This document shows, one piece after another, positions 25,801-37,543 of a stretch of 64,000 bases of DNA. Each line of letters opens with the position of its first letter. The first letter of the stretch is position 1. The stretch is from Trichoplax adhaerens. Lineage: Eukaryota; Animalia; Placozoa. The DNA is taken from NCBI RefSeq assembly GCF_000150275.1, contig NW_002060945.1:1065872-1129871 (forward strand). The letters are read 5' to 3'. Under the pieces are notes generated by a model. It had not been told where the DNA came from. It saw nothing but the letters and a program-made list of their open reading frames with translations, and did not search any database. The position numbers and the translations under genes are program-made.

Positions 25801-27412
25801 GATCTTCCCTGATGTCGGGATATTTCAACTTACTGCATTGGAACCAAGTGTATACGCGTAAAAATAAACGCACGTATAACTTTTGAGCAGAAACTATAAA
25901 TCAATTGAAGGACAAGACATGTACGTGCTTGTTAGTAACAAAGGGATGGACTAAATTCGTGATTGAGCAAAGTTCTTATAAATTTTATTTAAATTGCTAT
26001 TTGAAAATACCCGATAAATTGTAAAAGCTGTCTACAGCAACTAAATCTTCATCATTAAAAAGGCAAACATCGTCTTTACAGTTTCGTACTGTCTGGATTA
26101 TAATGTTAAAGTTACTTAAGTAATACGGCAGGTAAGGCTCTTTTTGAGACGTTTGATGGGTTTGATCATCGTTTTGTGGAATACCAGCTGGTGCTGAAAC
26201 AGGTGTAAGTTCTTCCGATTTTTCTACTTTTACCATTGATTGCGGCCCTACATCGATTTTCTCCTGACTTGCAATTACTACAGCCGTTGACGGGCTTGCA
26301 CTCTGTATAGAGGATGCAATCTCATTTGTAGATGGCTTTATTACAGTAGGATTAGTTGAAGTATGACATTCGTCTTGTGCTAATACCTGACAATCTGATT
26401 GTTGTATTTTATTCTCCTCCAAGCATACCTGGTTATTTTGACGAGGGCTACTGTTAGACATATCGCTTTGATTACTATATTTTACCTTAGGCTTCATATT
26501 CTCTTCCCGAATCGTATTAGTTCTACCACCTCTACCTTTAATGTCAACACCCTTATGGTTAGCTTTATCTTTAGTAATAACAGATCTACTTGAATCGACT
26601 GTTAACGATGGACTTGTGTTCTGTATAGTTGATGTAATCTCATTCGTAGGCGGTGTTATCACGATAGAGCTAGTAGAAGTATGATGATCGTCTTGTACTA
26701 ATACCTGGCAATCTAACTGTTGCGTTTTATCCTCCTCTAAGGATGTTGTGCTGTCTTGCAACAGGGTTTTATTAGCCATATCGTCATGATTACTGTGTTT
26801 ACCCTTATATGTTGCTTTAGTCCTATCATCTTTACCTTTAGCGTTAGTAACGCGACGAGTAATTTTGCTTTTAGCACTAATAGATCTCCTCGAATCAATT
26901 GTTGATGACGGACTTGTACATTCCATAAGTGATAAATTCTCCATTCTCGATGATCTCGTCACCATAAGATCAGTAGAAGTATGACATTTGTCTTTTGCTA
27001 ACTCCTGATAATCGAATCGCTGTGTGTTATCCTTCTGCAAGCATGCTTGGCTACTCTCACAATTAGCTCCATTATCCTGATCGTTATGTTTTAACTTATT
27101 CTCTTTCAAAATCGCTTTTGTTTTGTCATCTTTGCCTTGAATGTTAGTAGATCGATTTACAGCTTTACCTTTCCTATTGGCAGATACCACTGCACCATCA
27201 GTCAGCTGATGATTTTGATGTTTATCAAAATACTTGCTAATTTTAGCCTGTACACGACTTACAACCGATGCTTGAGCAGGTGAAGGATCTGCAGGTAAAT
27301 CTTCCTCTGTCAAGTCAATGACCACAACTGATTTATTACTTTCAGATTCTTCATATTTCCTCTTCCTTTCTTGTTTTAGTTTCAGGCTTAATCGAGTTGA
27401 AATTGCCGCCAT
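22852..27412 (-). CDS. FAN1: Fanconi-associated nuclease 1 (VRR-NUC), multi-exon
   Basis: Large exon 1 ends in PYYLSNF; later exons give QKLYVRLFLR, RRGKWWDRLAL, CSVEELALYHY..GLHAEG..LLMWDILF..PDVFRHPFQ and the catalytic GGLPDLVLW..FAEVKGPNDRLSTKQILWI..VCHVKAIGSKAL*. An alternative in-frame upstream ATG lies at 27463. Confidence 0.96.
26285..27160 (-). repeat. Three ~300-318 bp coding tandem repeats in FAN1 exon 1
   Basis: Protein units (KG)K/R-D/G-D/G-(K/R)T...Q..D.Q.L..D..HTST...SPS recur three times; the DNA anchor 'gaagtatga' is at ~26358, ~26676 and ~26976. Confidence 0.88.
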
Positions 27413-27463
27413 TGATTGCCAGGTTGATTGCCAAGTGCAGCCTTCGATTTGGTGCGCAGTCAT

Positions 27464-27850
27464 GGTACCGTACAGTACGGTACAGTGTACAGTGTACAGT
27501 GTACAGTACTATAGACAAATTGGGCATACTGTACAGTATACTGTAGTATTGTACAGTACAAATGGTACGTATGGTCGCATACTTATCTATGGCAATAGAG
27601 GTACGCAAACAGGACAATTATGCACGTTAATATCATACATTTTCTGAAGGGCTGCGATAATGGTATAAATCTCCAAGGAGAGCAGGATCTTGCCGGATGA
27701 ATGAGAGGTAGCAAAGGATCGCCCTGTAATGGCTACTATGCTAAATAACTCCAGGATAGTCTTCGATAGAACTGATTTACAACAGGAATCGATAATTTCG
27801 TCCTATTTGCTAGCCCCTGTACTATCATAGGAACGGAACAGCTCTTTGAG
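27464..27850. promoter_or_regulatory. Putative bidirectional promoter, FAN1 / PPCDC, with dense GTACAGT array
   Basis: 'gtaccgtacagtacggtacagtgtacagtgtacagtgtacagtactat...tactgtacagtatactgtag...gtacagtaca' at 27466-27560, between divergent ATGs ~440 nt apart. Confidence 0.65.
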
Positions 27851-29549
27851 ATGGTAAATTTAATCCTTGGTGTGACTGGCAGTGTGGCGAGTATCAAATT
27901 GCCTGTGCTTTTACAAAGTCTACGAGCTGCAGCTGACAATGTATGCAATTTTACATAATTAATCTTTTAAATTATCCTTTGAAATGATTCTCATACGGTC
28001 TGAGATGTAAATACATACTAACTAAAGGCTGTCTCTTAAGCTAATAATAGAATTAAAACGTAATTGATATGAAATGACTGATGTTTTCAAATCAGTACTG
28101 CCAGCAGTTCTGGATATCATATCATTTAATACGATCAATACTAACGTAAACATAAACTCAATTTATACTTTGTACTACCTTCGTCTAGCCTACGAGTAGG
28201 AGCTACAAAGGGTACCTTATAGTACTTAGTAGAGCTCTGTAGACGATGTCAAAATTAAACTACACAGCGCTCATATTTACTAGTAAAGAATCGAGTAACA
28301 AATAACCTTACCACGCCTACAATCTTCAATCATAGCTTTAAATTTTCTTGTTTGTAAATGAAGCTCATTTTTATACGTAACACTATTAATAAATCGATGA
28401 ATTAACTTGATAGAACATGGAGGTAATATTATACTTTAATTGACTTTAAAATAGATCGAAATTAAAATTATTGCTACGACTCATTCCTTCCATTTTTTCG
28501 ATCAACTATCCATTGATGCAAATATTTATAATGACGACGATGAATGGCAGGTAACATAAGACAGATTGACTATCGTAACGTGGATGTCGCAACAATTTCC
28601 ACAAGTTTAAGACACGACCTAAAATAATGAATGCGATTGTCATCTATTTGCATTAGTCCTTATCATGATGGCATCTCTTAGAGCTTTTTTCTTGTAGATA
28701 GAAACAATTTATTATCATGTATAAGTAGTAATCATCCATTCTACGCATCTATTGTATAACTTGATTTTGCAATCTTCCAGGCATGGAAACAGAAAGGTGA
28801 TCCAGTCTTGCACATTGAGGTGAAAGTAACATTATAGAAGGATAACATAGTGACAAGGATCGAACTGAAATAGTTCGTATTGACTTGTAATAATGTTTGA
28901 TCTGCCCTTGCAACATAATTAGTTACGAAAATGGGCCGATATAATGTTAATTGCACCATTAGACGCCAACACACTTGCAAAGATAGCCAACGGAATCTGT
29001 GATAATCTCTTAGTAAGACGTGCTCTATATTAGTAATAAATTATATACGGATATAATTTTATACTATTACAATTTAATTCAATATCTACAGTATGTATAA
29101 ACATATAAATTCAATGCCATTCTAATCGCATCACAAATTATATTATCAGTATTTAACCCTATTTACTGAGAAGAGATGCATGTGTTATATCTTCCATTTA
29201 TGTGCATGTCTTATTACATGACAGACTTGCTTGATGAGAGCCTGGGATTTGAAACGACCAGTCATTTTCTGTCCAGCTATGAATACTCATATGTGGAAAC
29301 ATCCAATAACTAGTAATCATATAGCGATATTGAAAAATTTTGGATACATTGAAGTCGAACCAATTGAGAAACGACTGGCATGTGGTGATACTGGTATTAT
29401 ACATTATGTCGCTAATCAACTTATTAACTTGAACTGTTTTAAGGTAACTTCTTTAATTTTTTCTACTAGGCATTGGTGCGATGGCTGATATCGAAAAAAT
29501 TGTTGCAGTCGTTATGGATATCTTATCACAGCTAGACACAATACGATAG
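27851..29549 (+). CDS. PPCDC: Phosphopantothenoylcysteine decarboxylase (HFCD flavoprotein family), 6 exons
   Basis: MVNLILGVTGSVASIKL, DDDEWQAWKQKGDPVLHIELRKWADIMLIAPLDANTLAKIANGICDNLL, PAMNTHMW and KRLACGDTGIGAMA; stop at 29547-29549. Confidence 0.96.
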
Positions 29550-30264
29550 CAAATGAGTTGTGTATAAGAAATGATTGAATTGTTTCAACTACTAGGATGA
29601 AACATAGGCAAAAATATCTATTGCCATGGAACTAAGATAATGTACTAATATTTTAACTTTGATAGACAATCAAATCTTGTATCCGATACTAGTGAATGTA
29701 ATTTTCTTTTCCTCCACTTAGTAGTTTTAAATTGCGTGCATTTCTTAATAATCTGAGATACGTTTATTGAATTACCTGTGGTTGCAAACTATAAGACATA
29801 ATTTATTTATAAAATGACGCCTAAGAAATTGATTAGAATTTAGTCAAGATCTATTACAGTGCGGAGAAATGGAATTTCATTCATTTTCTGCAATACTTAT
29901 TTAGATTGAATTAGATATCTTACAAGTTTTTTTACAGCAATTATTCTCAAAACAGCATAAAATACTATCACATATTCTATAATATCTTGCAATAGACGAT
30001 ATACAACAAAAGTTGGAATAGCAAATATCTTTATAACGAAGTATACACTCTGATAATATTCTAAAAATTACAAATGCCTAATATTATTATATATTCTAAT
30101 AAAATAGTCTATTTTGTGTCACTATCTCAGGAATAAGTCATTGCTAATGTACTCCGAAAACTATGCTCATTGTCATGTAGATTCTTCATAAGAAATTGCG
30201 GAAACATAGTTTAGTAGCAATTTTCACGCTTACAGATATTGTAGTTTAAGCTTCCAAAGAAGTA

Positions 30265-31096
30265 TTATTCACCAATATCTTCACTAAAACTTGCTTCCCC
30301 ATAAATCTTGTATTCAGCAGCTAACCGATAAAACCGAATGATGATAAAATAAATAAATTGCTATAACTTTACGATATCAACATAAACTTTCGAGAAAGCA
30401 AAACAGCCCAACCTTCATAAGCCTCCTTATGTTGACTTGCAATTTTTCGCTTAAGTATTCTATATTATAAATTGTTTCAATTTTAATCATTCACACTACG
30501 TGTAAAATGTCGCCCAATGCAAAGACTACTATATCAAAATTGGTTAGCTAAAAATATAATTATAATTCACCTAATTCTCTTAAATACATTATCAAGATCC
30601 TTTTTCATTTCTATAATTAAGTTGGTATGTTCTCTAAATTTCGGTAAGAAATCTTCGTATTGTCTTTTACCGACACGATTAAAGTTTTCGATCACCGCAT
30701 TAGCTCTTTCGACACGACTTATCCTATCCATTAGACATAATAAAATATAATAATAAGGATTTTAATAGGCATAAGACAATATATTAAACTGCTTTAAGCT
30801 GTATGAACTAATATGATTACTGCTGATATTGGCAAGGATAAATGCATAAGCTGCCTTTAAAATGGCATTTCAAATTGAACACATTACATGTCACGTTGTA
30901 TCTTGATCGCTGAATCAACATCATCCTTGTCGAGAATATTGACAACACTGCGACAGAATATTTCAGAGGCAGATGAATCATTCAAGTCTTGATCTTTTGG
31001 AGGCACTTCCGTTGAGCTTGTCGAGGCAAAGAGCGATGGGAACGAAGATGATAATTCCTTCACTTCGCCATCGCCTTGATCTTCAGCATCTGCCAT
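30265..31096 (-). CDS. KXD1: KxDL motif-containing protein 1 (BORC subunit)
   Basis: Four coding exons give ...SASEIFCRSVVNILDKDDVDSAIKIQRDMISRVERANAVIENFN...FREHTNLIIEMKKDLDNVFKRIRILKRKIASQHKEAY..., with the KKDL motif in the family-typical context. Confidence 0.9.
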
Positions 31097-31108
31097 TCTG
31101 TTGTAAGA

Positions 31109-31382
31109 TTACTGAAAGGAATTAATTAATTATTAGAGCAGCACTATTGATTGAGTTGATTTACATGATACATGGTGATCAATGAAATATATACATTCCA
31201 TAAAAAAAACACGTGAATATTGAATGTTTTGTGGGCTTGATTACTTGCATTGGCGTTATACGCGTACGTCTATCATTTGGCTCAGAATTCAAATCAAATG
31301 CTCCTAAACCACTATCATCATCATGATTACTGCATACGATATGTACTAGTAGTATGGTCAATAAAAGACTTTGTCGAATCAT
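31109..31382 (-). CDS. Candidate 46-aa secreted micropeptide / uORF in the KXD1 5' leader
   Basis: MIRQSLLLTILLVHIVCSNHDDDSGLGAFDLNSEPNDRRTRITPMQ (31382-31245) is bounded by a 'taacag' acceptor 8 nt before the ATG and a GTAATC donor. Splicing to the 'tttcag' acceptor at 31112 supplies an immediate TAA. Confidence 0.45.
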
Positions 31383-31700
31383 GATCCAATCTGTTATTAA
31401 TCATATATAAGTTGGCGCTATACAGTACGTATATTTAAGCCTCTTGTCAATTAGATGTATAAACCGATTTCGATCATCATCAATGTTGAAGCATGCTTAC
31501 TTATAGGTAAATGTACTTCCGATATTGTGACTACTGCATACAATATATGCATGTGCTACGTTCAATAAAGCCTTTATGCTATGACGATCCAATCTGCTAT
31601 TAATCGTATACGCATAAGTTGGCGGTATACCTGTGTTTCATTAGCCTCCTTTCAATTACATCTGGAAGACGATTTGGATCATCGCCAATGTTGATGTGTA
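31381..31700. repeat. Diverged ~110-bp duplication (period ~203) upstream of KXD1
   Basis: 'gatccaatctg.tattaatc.tata...taagttggcg.tatac...agcctc...tcaatta.at.t...acgattt.gatcatc..caatgttga' occurs at ~31383 and ~31586. Confidence 0.85.
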
Positions 31701-32364
31701 CAGTATATACCAAGAATAGCAAATATATTTGCTACATCGCTTGTTCTACCGTAGAATGGAGGATTCCCTATCTAAGTTTACTTTCTCTTATCTTATAATG
31801 AAGGAGTCATTTATACAAGCGAAAGCCGTCGATTGTTGAATGAATAACCGAGTAGCACTATCCGATTCTACCCTTTCAACGCTACTAGGCATCGATGATG
31901 TCATCGAACATTTCAGGTGAAAGTTTGTCCCCTGTACACGTTTACAGTAGGTGTTTGAAGGACATATTCTTTTAAAGTTAGGTTAATTCTATTCTACGTT
32001 CTATAAGATAATTTTATCTGTGTGTCTGTGTGTGTATTTATGCAGTAGTTGTTTCGACTCCTTTCATGTTGAAGATGATAAAGTTAGCGTGCATAACGAG
32101 CATACTGCAAATTAGCTTTGACCAATAATAATAATAATATTAATGGAACTGGTAGTTGTTAACGAAGCACAAGATGGCCTAGACCAGTATGAAACTCACC
32201 CTAAACTCTACGATAAGATTTGTACTTTTTAAAAAGACGCCATCATGGAAAGGATTCACACTTTCTTTAGCCTTCTGTAACCACTGTTGACTCAAAATGA
32301 TCAGCACCAGGTAGAGATGATTGTAGGACTACCGCAACGGTGAGTTTGCTGCAGCGTTTTGCTT

Positions 32365-32520
32365 GCAATACAGTACTGTACACTGTACACTGTACATTGT
32401 ACAAGTTCATGGCCGTGCCCAGTCTTCGACAGGACTACTCGAAATACAGTACAGTATACCTCGCAGTGGCCCATGGCATTCTGCATTCGAGTCCGGTACG
32501 CTTAGTACTGTATACTGTAG
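32365..32520. promoter_or_regulatory. TACAGTAC/ACTGTAC array, probable KXD1 promoter
   Basis: 'tacagtactgtacactgtacactgtacattgtaca', 'tacagtacagtatac' and 'tagtactgtatactgtag', followed on the - strand by a strong GTGAGT donor at ~32199 (non-coding first exon). Confidence 0.5.
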
Positions 32521-35063
32521 ATCGAAACACATGTGCGCTTGTGCAGAATCGCATTGTTGGTATTTTTGTAATTAGTTTGTTTTGATTTTGTTAATACTAT
32601 CAAAATCCAGTGTTATTCTGCAAATTCCTCATGGAAAAATTGATATTTTGACTACGGAAAGCTTAGCCGAAGCAGTTATGCAAAGGTTTTTGCGATAGTC
32701 TCTGCTCAAGTCTTCACATGTGAATGTATATGGTCATGGACTCTTTTAAGTTGCCCATAGTACCGTATAGCTGTTACTAACAATGAGTAACAACCATCGC
32801 GGCGCGGCGTACAGCAATATTATTTTCGTGAAAGATATTTGAATAAAAGTATAAATGAAATATATTGCTATCGATACCACCATTTCTACTCGTATACATA
32901 CAGTTAACTCAAAGGTTAGATGCCGCCAGTATAATCTACTCCATTAGCCTGCTCGTTTTAGCTATATTTTTCTCCACTTCAAGTATCTAAAACGCTATAC
33001 ACAGGGCTGTAGTGTACTGTGTACTATACACTTTTCTCTTGCCGCACTGGTCTGAAGAAGACCTCGACTCATCACGCTTGGGCGGACAGACATTTTCAGC
33101 CCCATCTCGTCATAATATTGTGACAAATACTTCGCTATGGCACTACTTTAGTATGCAAACGGTCGATTTTGAATTGACTGATGTCTTCTTAATTTAGTAA
33201 TAGGTCTTCTTCTAGTTGTTCATGGCCGTGACTGCACGGTAGACTTGGCCAGTTGATGACAAATTCTTACAAGACTTTTTAGCTGAATTTGTCGGACCGA
33301 TGGATTCCACTGAACACTTCTATATAAAAAAATTTCCCAATGAACTCCATCTTGAGTAGTGTGAATACATTATTATAACAGTTTCAGCTAAGTATTTTAA
33401 GAACTTTTCATAAGCTGGCGGATCTACTTTACAGTAGTATCACTACCATAGAGTTTCTCTTCTAACTCGATGGCAAGGCCTGGAATGAAGAACAGGCACT
33501 TCTAGCGACTTGTATCAAAAAATTTTAACAGTCCACGCTACGACTTACATTGGACGCCTGTAAAATCTTGTACCCCCAACACTCGTAAATCAGCTGCAAA
33601 TAAGATACAAGTTTTCCGTACGATAATAACGATATAGTCATTCATGTTGTCTTAGAGATACAACGATAATGTTATCAAGAAAGAGAGGCGATACCTACTC
33701 ACTGCTCAGTATCTATAAATTAGCATTGGCAATTTAAATTAAATGAGATTTTCAACCATAAATTAGAGCAAGCCACGCAAGGATTAACATAGAATGATAG
33801 TTAATTAGATTGAGTGATTAAGCGATAATATTATGGTATAACCGAGTAAAATACGGTAGTATAAGGTGACCAGTGAGACTAAAGTAAATTGCTTACCCTT
33901 ATTTCTATATTTTTGATACTTCAATAATTAATTGATGTACTAAGTTATTGGTATATTATATGAATAGACGAGAAAACTTCACATCCACAGTCATTTTTAT
34001 ACATTGCTTAAAATGATTAAACAAAATATGTTACTGCTTGTATACCCATACTTGATATATTTATGTTTTAATATGCACAGGTATTAGTCATACTACTTGT
34101 CATTCATTCAAGTGTCAGCAATCTGTTGTAATGGTTAAATACTACTAATTAATTCCGTTGAAGTTATCGTGTGACAGTTCTTGCAACTCCATGATAATAG
34201 TTAGCATTCCATTAATATAGATTGTGCAACTGTCTAATTATAGTTATCTACTACTTCCCGTATCTTTATACGACGATCTACTGCAAAGATTTCACGATGT
34301 TTGTATCATAGTGCACGAATGTTTTCTTTTTTAAACTGTCTCATTGATTACGAGGATTAAGTGCAATTAATGTATCGTTGGAAGAAAATAAATGCCTTGA
34401 TAATAAGCGAAAGAGTAAAATGCTGATCGATAAAAATACTAATAGTAGCTATGCATGATTTTATACATCGGTAATATTAGATTCTCTAACTATTACAGCG
34501 AGTATTGGTAATGGAAGATTAAACTCCATTTCGCTTTACATTTGTATAGACGCAAGATATAATCTCATATTTGTTTAGTAAATGGCCTAGAGAGTTGAAG
34601 AGTTTTACAGGTCTAGTTAATAAGTAACCTGCAATTAATTTACACATGATCAACGAAAATCATAGACCGATCGGATGATCTGAATAAGCAAAACAATTTC
34701 ACCTATACCGCAATAGTAACCGTTCCGATAGAAAAGAATTATTATTAACACTGATAACTCTATTCTACTTGATGGCCGCTATTAGCTGTAATCTCACAAT
34801 CGCAAGGATAGACGGGATAGTAATTTTATTGCAATTACCCCACATCGAGCTGCTTAAGCTAGAATAAACATGTCATCATACCTTCAGTACATCGATGAAA
34901 GATTGAATAAATAGATGCAATTAAAAGCATACCGAAGACAATCATTTTATAGTGTCTGCCTCTGCTAGAGTGGGTATACAGTATCTCCGATTTTATCTAG
35001 TTTTGAAGATTGGATTGTTAAGAAATTTCTAATTTTATCCACTTATTTTACATCATCTTTATA

Positions 35064-37543
35064 ATGAGGTTAATAACGTCTCTGATTTTTGGCATTATCG
35101 CCTTGTCCTTTACCTCAGCTCAACGTAAGTAAAATAAAATGGTTAAAACTACTTCCATCATTGTATCTCTAGCAATAATAGCGATCAGTTTTTGCAAAAT
35201 ATCTATCATTTTATTTTTAGCATCCTTAATTCCCAGACTGTTATTAATCATTCTATAGCGAACTACAGGTTTTATACTATCAAGAAGTAATTATCTACAT
35301 TCACCTATAACGATGATATGAAGCTCATTTTTTCTATCACTATTTTGTAAAATGTAGTAATCAGTAAGCTCGATTAATGTCCAGAAACGCCTCTTACCTA
35401 GCCCTTATGATAAATAAATAAATGCTCGTTTTGAAAAATCCTCGTTGCAAAGTCATTTTCTTTTAGGGCTTAATTCTTGCCATCGCGTATAATACATTAT
35501 ATTGACAAAAAAATAGTACTATAGAATATGTCCCTAAATATTACCGTTCCATTTTATAATGAATAGTTCCACATTGATTTTTCGTGACCTGATTGATCAA
35601 TTTCGTAAATGCAACTTGTTCAGTTACTCGATAGACTACTCCGTAAATAATTCATTAAAAAATATCTGTGTTCTTCCGATGTTCCATCATTTACAGACAC
35701 TAAAATACCTAACTCTCAAACCATTTTCATATAATTTTGACATCAAGTGTCTAAAAAACAGCTACAAGATAAATGGTTTGTCGAAGGTCAAGCTCGTATG
35801 AACGGATATTCGAAAACTAAACTGTTAGACACAGGCGGAAAGAGGGTTATTTTAGCCATTGGCGATGGAATGAGTCTAACAACTGTGACTACAGCTCGAA
35901 TCTTGCAAGGACAACAAAAAGGTAAAACTGGCGAGGAGGAGCAACTAAGCTGGGAAAAATTTCCATTTACTGGATTATCCAAGACGTACAACGTTGACTA
36001 CCAAGTAAGAGATGTGATCATTTCAGAACTTTATAACAGGCTATTACTCCTTTCTAAATTTATAATTTTATAGCAGTAACTATTTCTATGTATCCTGTAA
36101 TATCTTACACTACACGACTTGTACTTTAAACCGTCTAATTCAGTTCAAATGAAAGCTTAATTTATCCAAGTTATCCCTTCAGGCTAAAAGTTTCTTGAAA
36201 ATTTTGTAGCGTATCTTGTAACATCGATTCATCTGGGCTAGTAGTCGTTGGACTGGACCTTAAAAAGTTCTAATCTATTTATCATTTAGGTTCCAGATTC
36301 TGCAGGCACAGCGACAGCATTCTTATGTGGCGTTAAAACTGATGCTGGTATAATCGGTTTAGATGAAAATTCAGTGCGTGGTGATTGTGCCGCTTCAAAA
36401 GGTACTGAAGTAGGATCAATTTTAAAATTGGCAAAACAAGCTGGGTTATCCGTCGGAATTGTAGTTACAGCTCGGATTACTCATGCTACGCCATCATCGT
36501 CCTATGCTCATTGCCCAGAACGTAATTGGGAAGGATCCGTGCCATCTCTCGCAGAACAACAAGGTTGCATTGATATTGCACAACAATTCATTAACTTTCA
36601 AAAAGAACATGGCGGTATCAGTGTTGCCTTAGGCGGAGGTAGAAGAAATTTTATTCCTAACACTCAAAATGATGTTGAATATCCTAACACCAAAGGCAGA
36701 CGTGTCGATGGCAAAGATTTAATCCAAGAATGGAAAAATCTGCAATTACAAAATTCAGCTTACGTATGGAATTTATCTGATTTTAATGCAATCGATCCTA
36801 AAAAAACGGACCATCTCTTTGGACTTTTTGAACCCAGTCATATGCAGTATGAATCGGCTAGGAATAAAGGCCCTAGTGGTGAACCTTCAATATCAGAAAT
36901 GACAAGGAAAGCTATCCAAATATTAGAAAGAAATCCCAAGGGTTACTTTCTATTAATTGAAAGTGGTCGAATTGATCATGGACACCATGAAGGCAGCGCT
37001 TATAAAGCTCTTACTGAAGCAGTAGCTCTGGCTCAAGCCGTTGAAACAGCAGATAAATTGACAAACGAAAATGAAACATTAATTATAGTTACATCTGATC
37101 ATGGACATACTATGTCTATGAGCGGATATCCTAAACGTGGTAATCCTATTTTTGGCTTAACTGGAGCACTGGGTAACTATGGTAAACCATCCTTAACTCT
37201 CAATTATGCCAACGGTCCAGGCGCATGGAAAGATGGCGATCCACGACCTAACTTAACAGGCGTCGATACCGCTCATCCTAAATTTTTACAACAAGCAATC
37301 ACTAAACTAAATTCTGAAACACACGATGGAACTGATGTAGCTATCTACGCTAGAGGTCCATTTTCTCATCTTTACGTTGGCGTTGTCGAACAAAACTATA
37401 TCTTTCATCCTATGGCTAAAGCATTATGCTTAGATCCATCCAAAGCTGGACAACAAACATGTTCTAATTCAGCTCATGGGGTAAATGTCAGCATCTTGGC
37501 TTTATTGACTACATTAATGGCGATCGTATTACAGTTTATTTGA
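35064..37543 (+). CDS. Alkaline phosphatase paralog 1 (signal peptide, predicted GPI anchor)
   Basis: Exons 35064-35124, 35748-36004 and 36290-37543. Motifs GDGMS, VPDSAGTATA (catalytic Ser), RITHATP, ESGRIDHGHH, TSDHGH and ETHDG, with a hydrophobic C-terminus. Confidence 0.97.

Noticed and set aside
27318-27647. ORFs rich in YSTV/TVQY (also at 12744-13373 and 32301-32585)
   Set aside because: They are translation artefacts of the TACAGTAC arrays and of antisense FAN1.
33000-33600. Moderately GC-richer stretch with short open frames, possible pseudogene or transposon relic
   Set aside because: The frames I checked are interrupted within ~40-60 codons and show no recognisable family motif.
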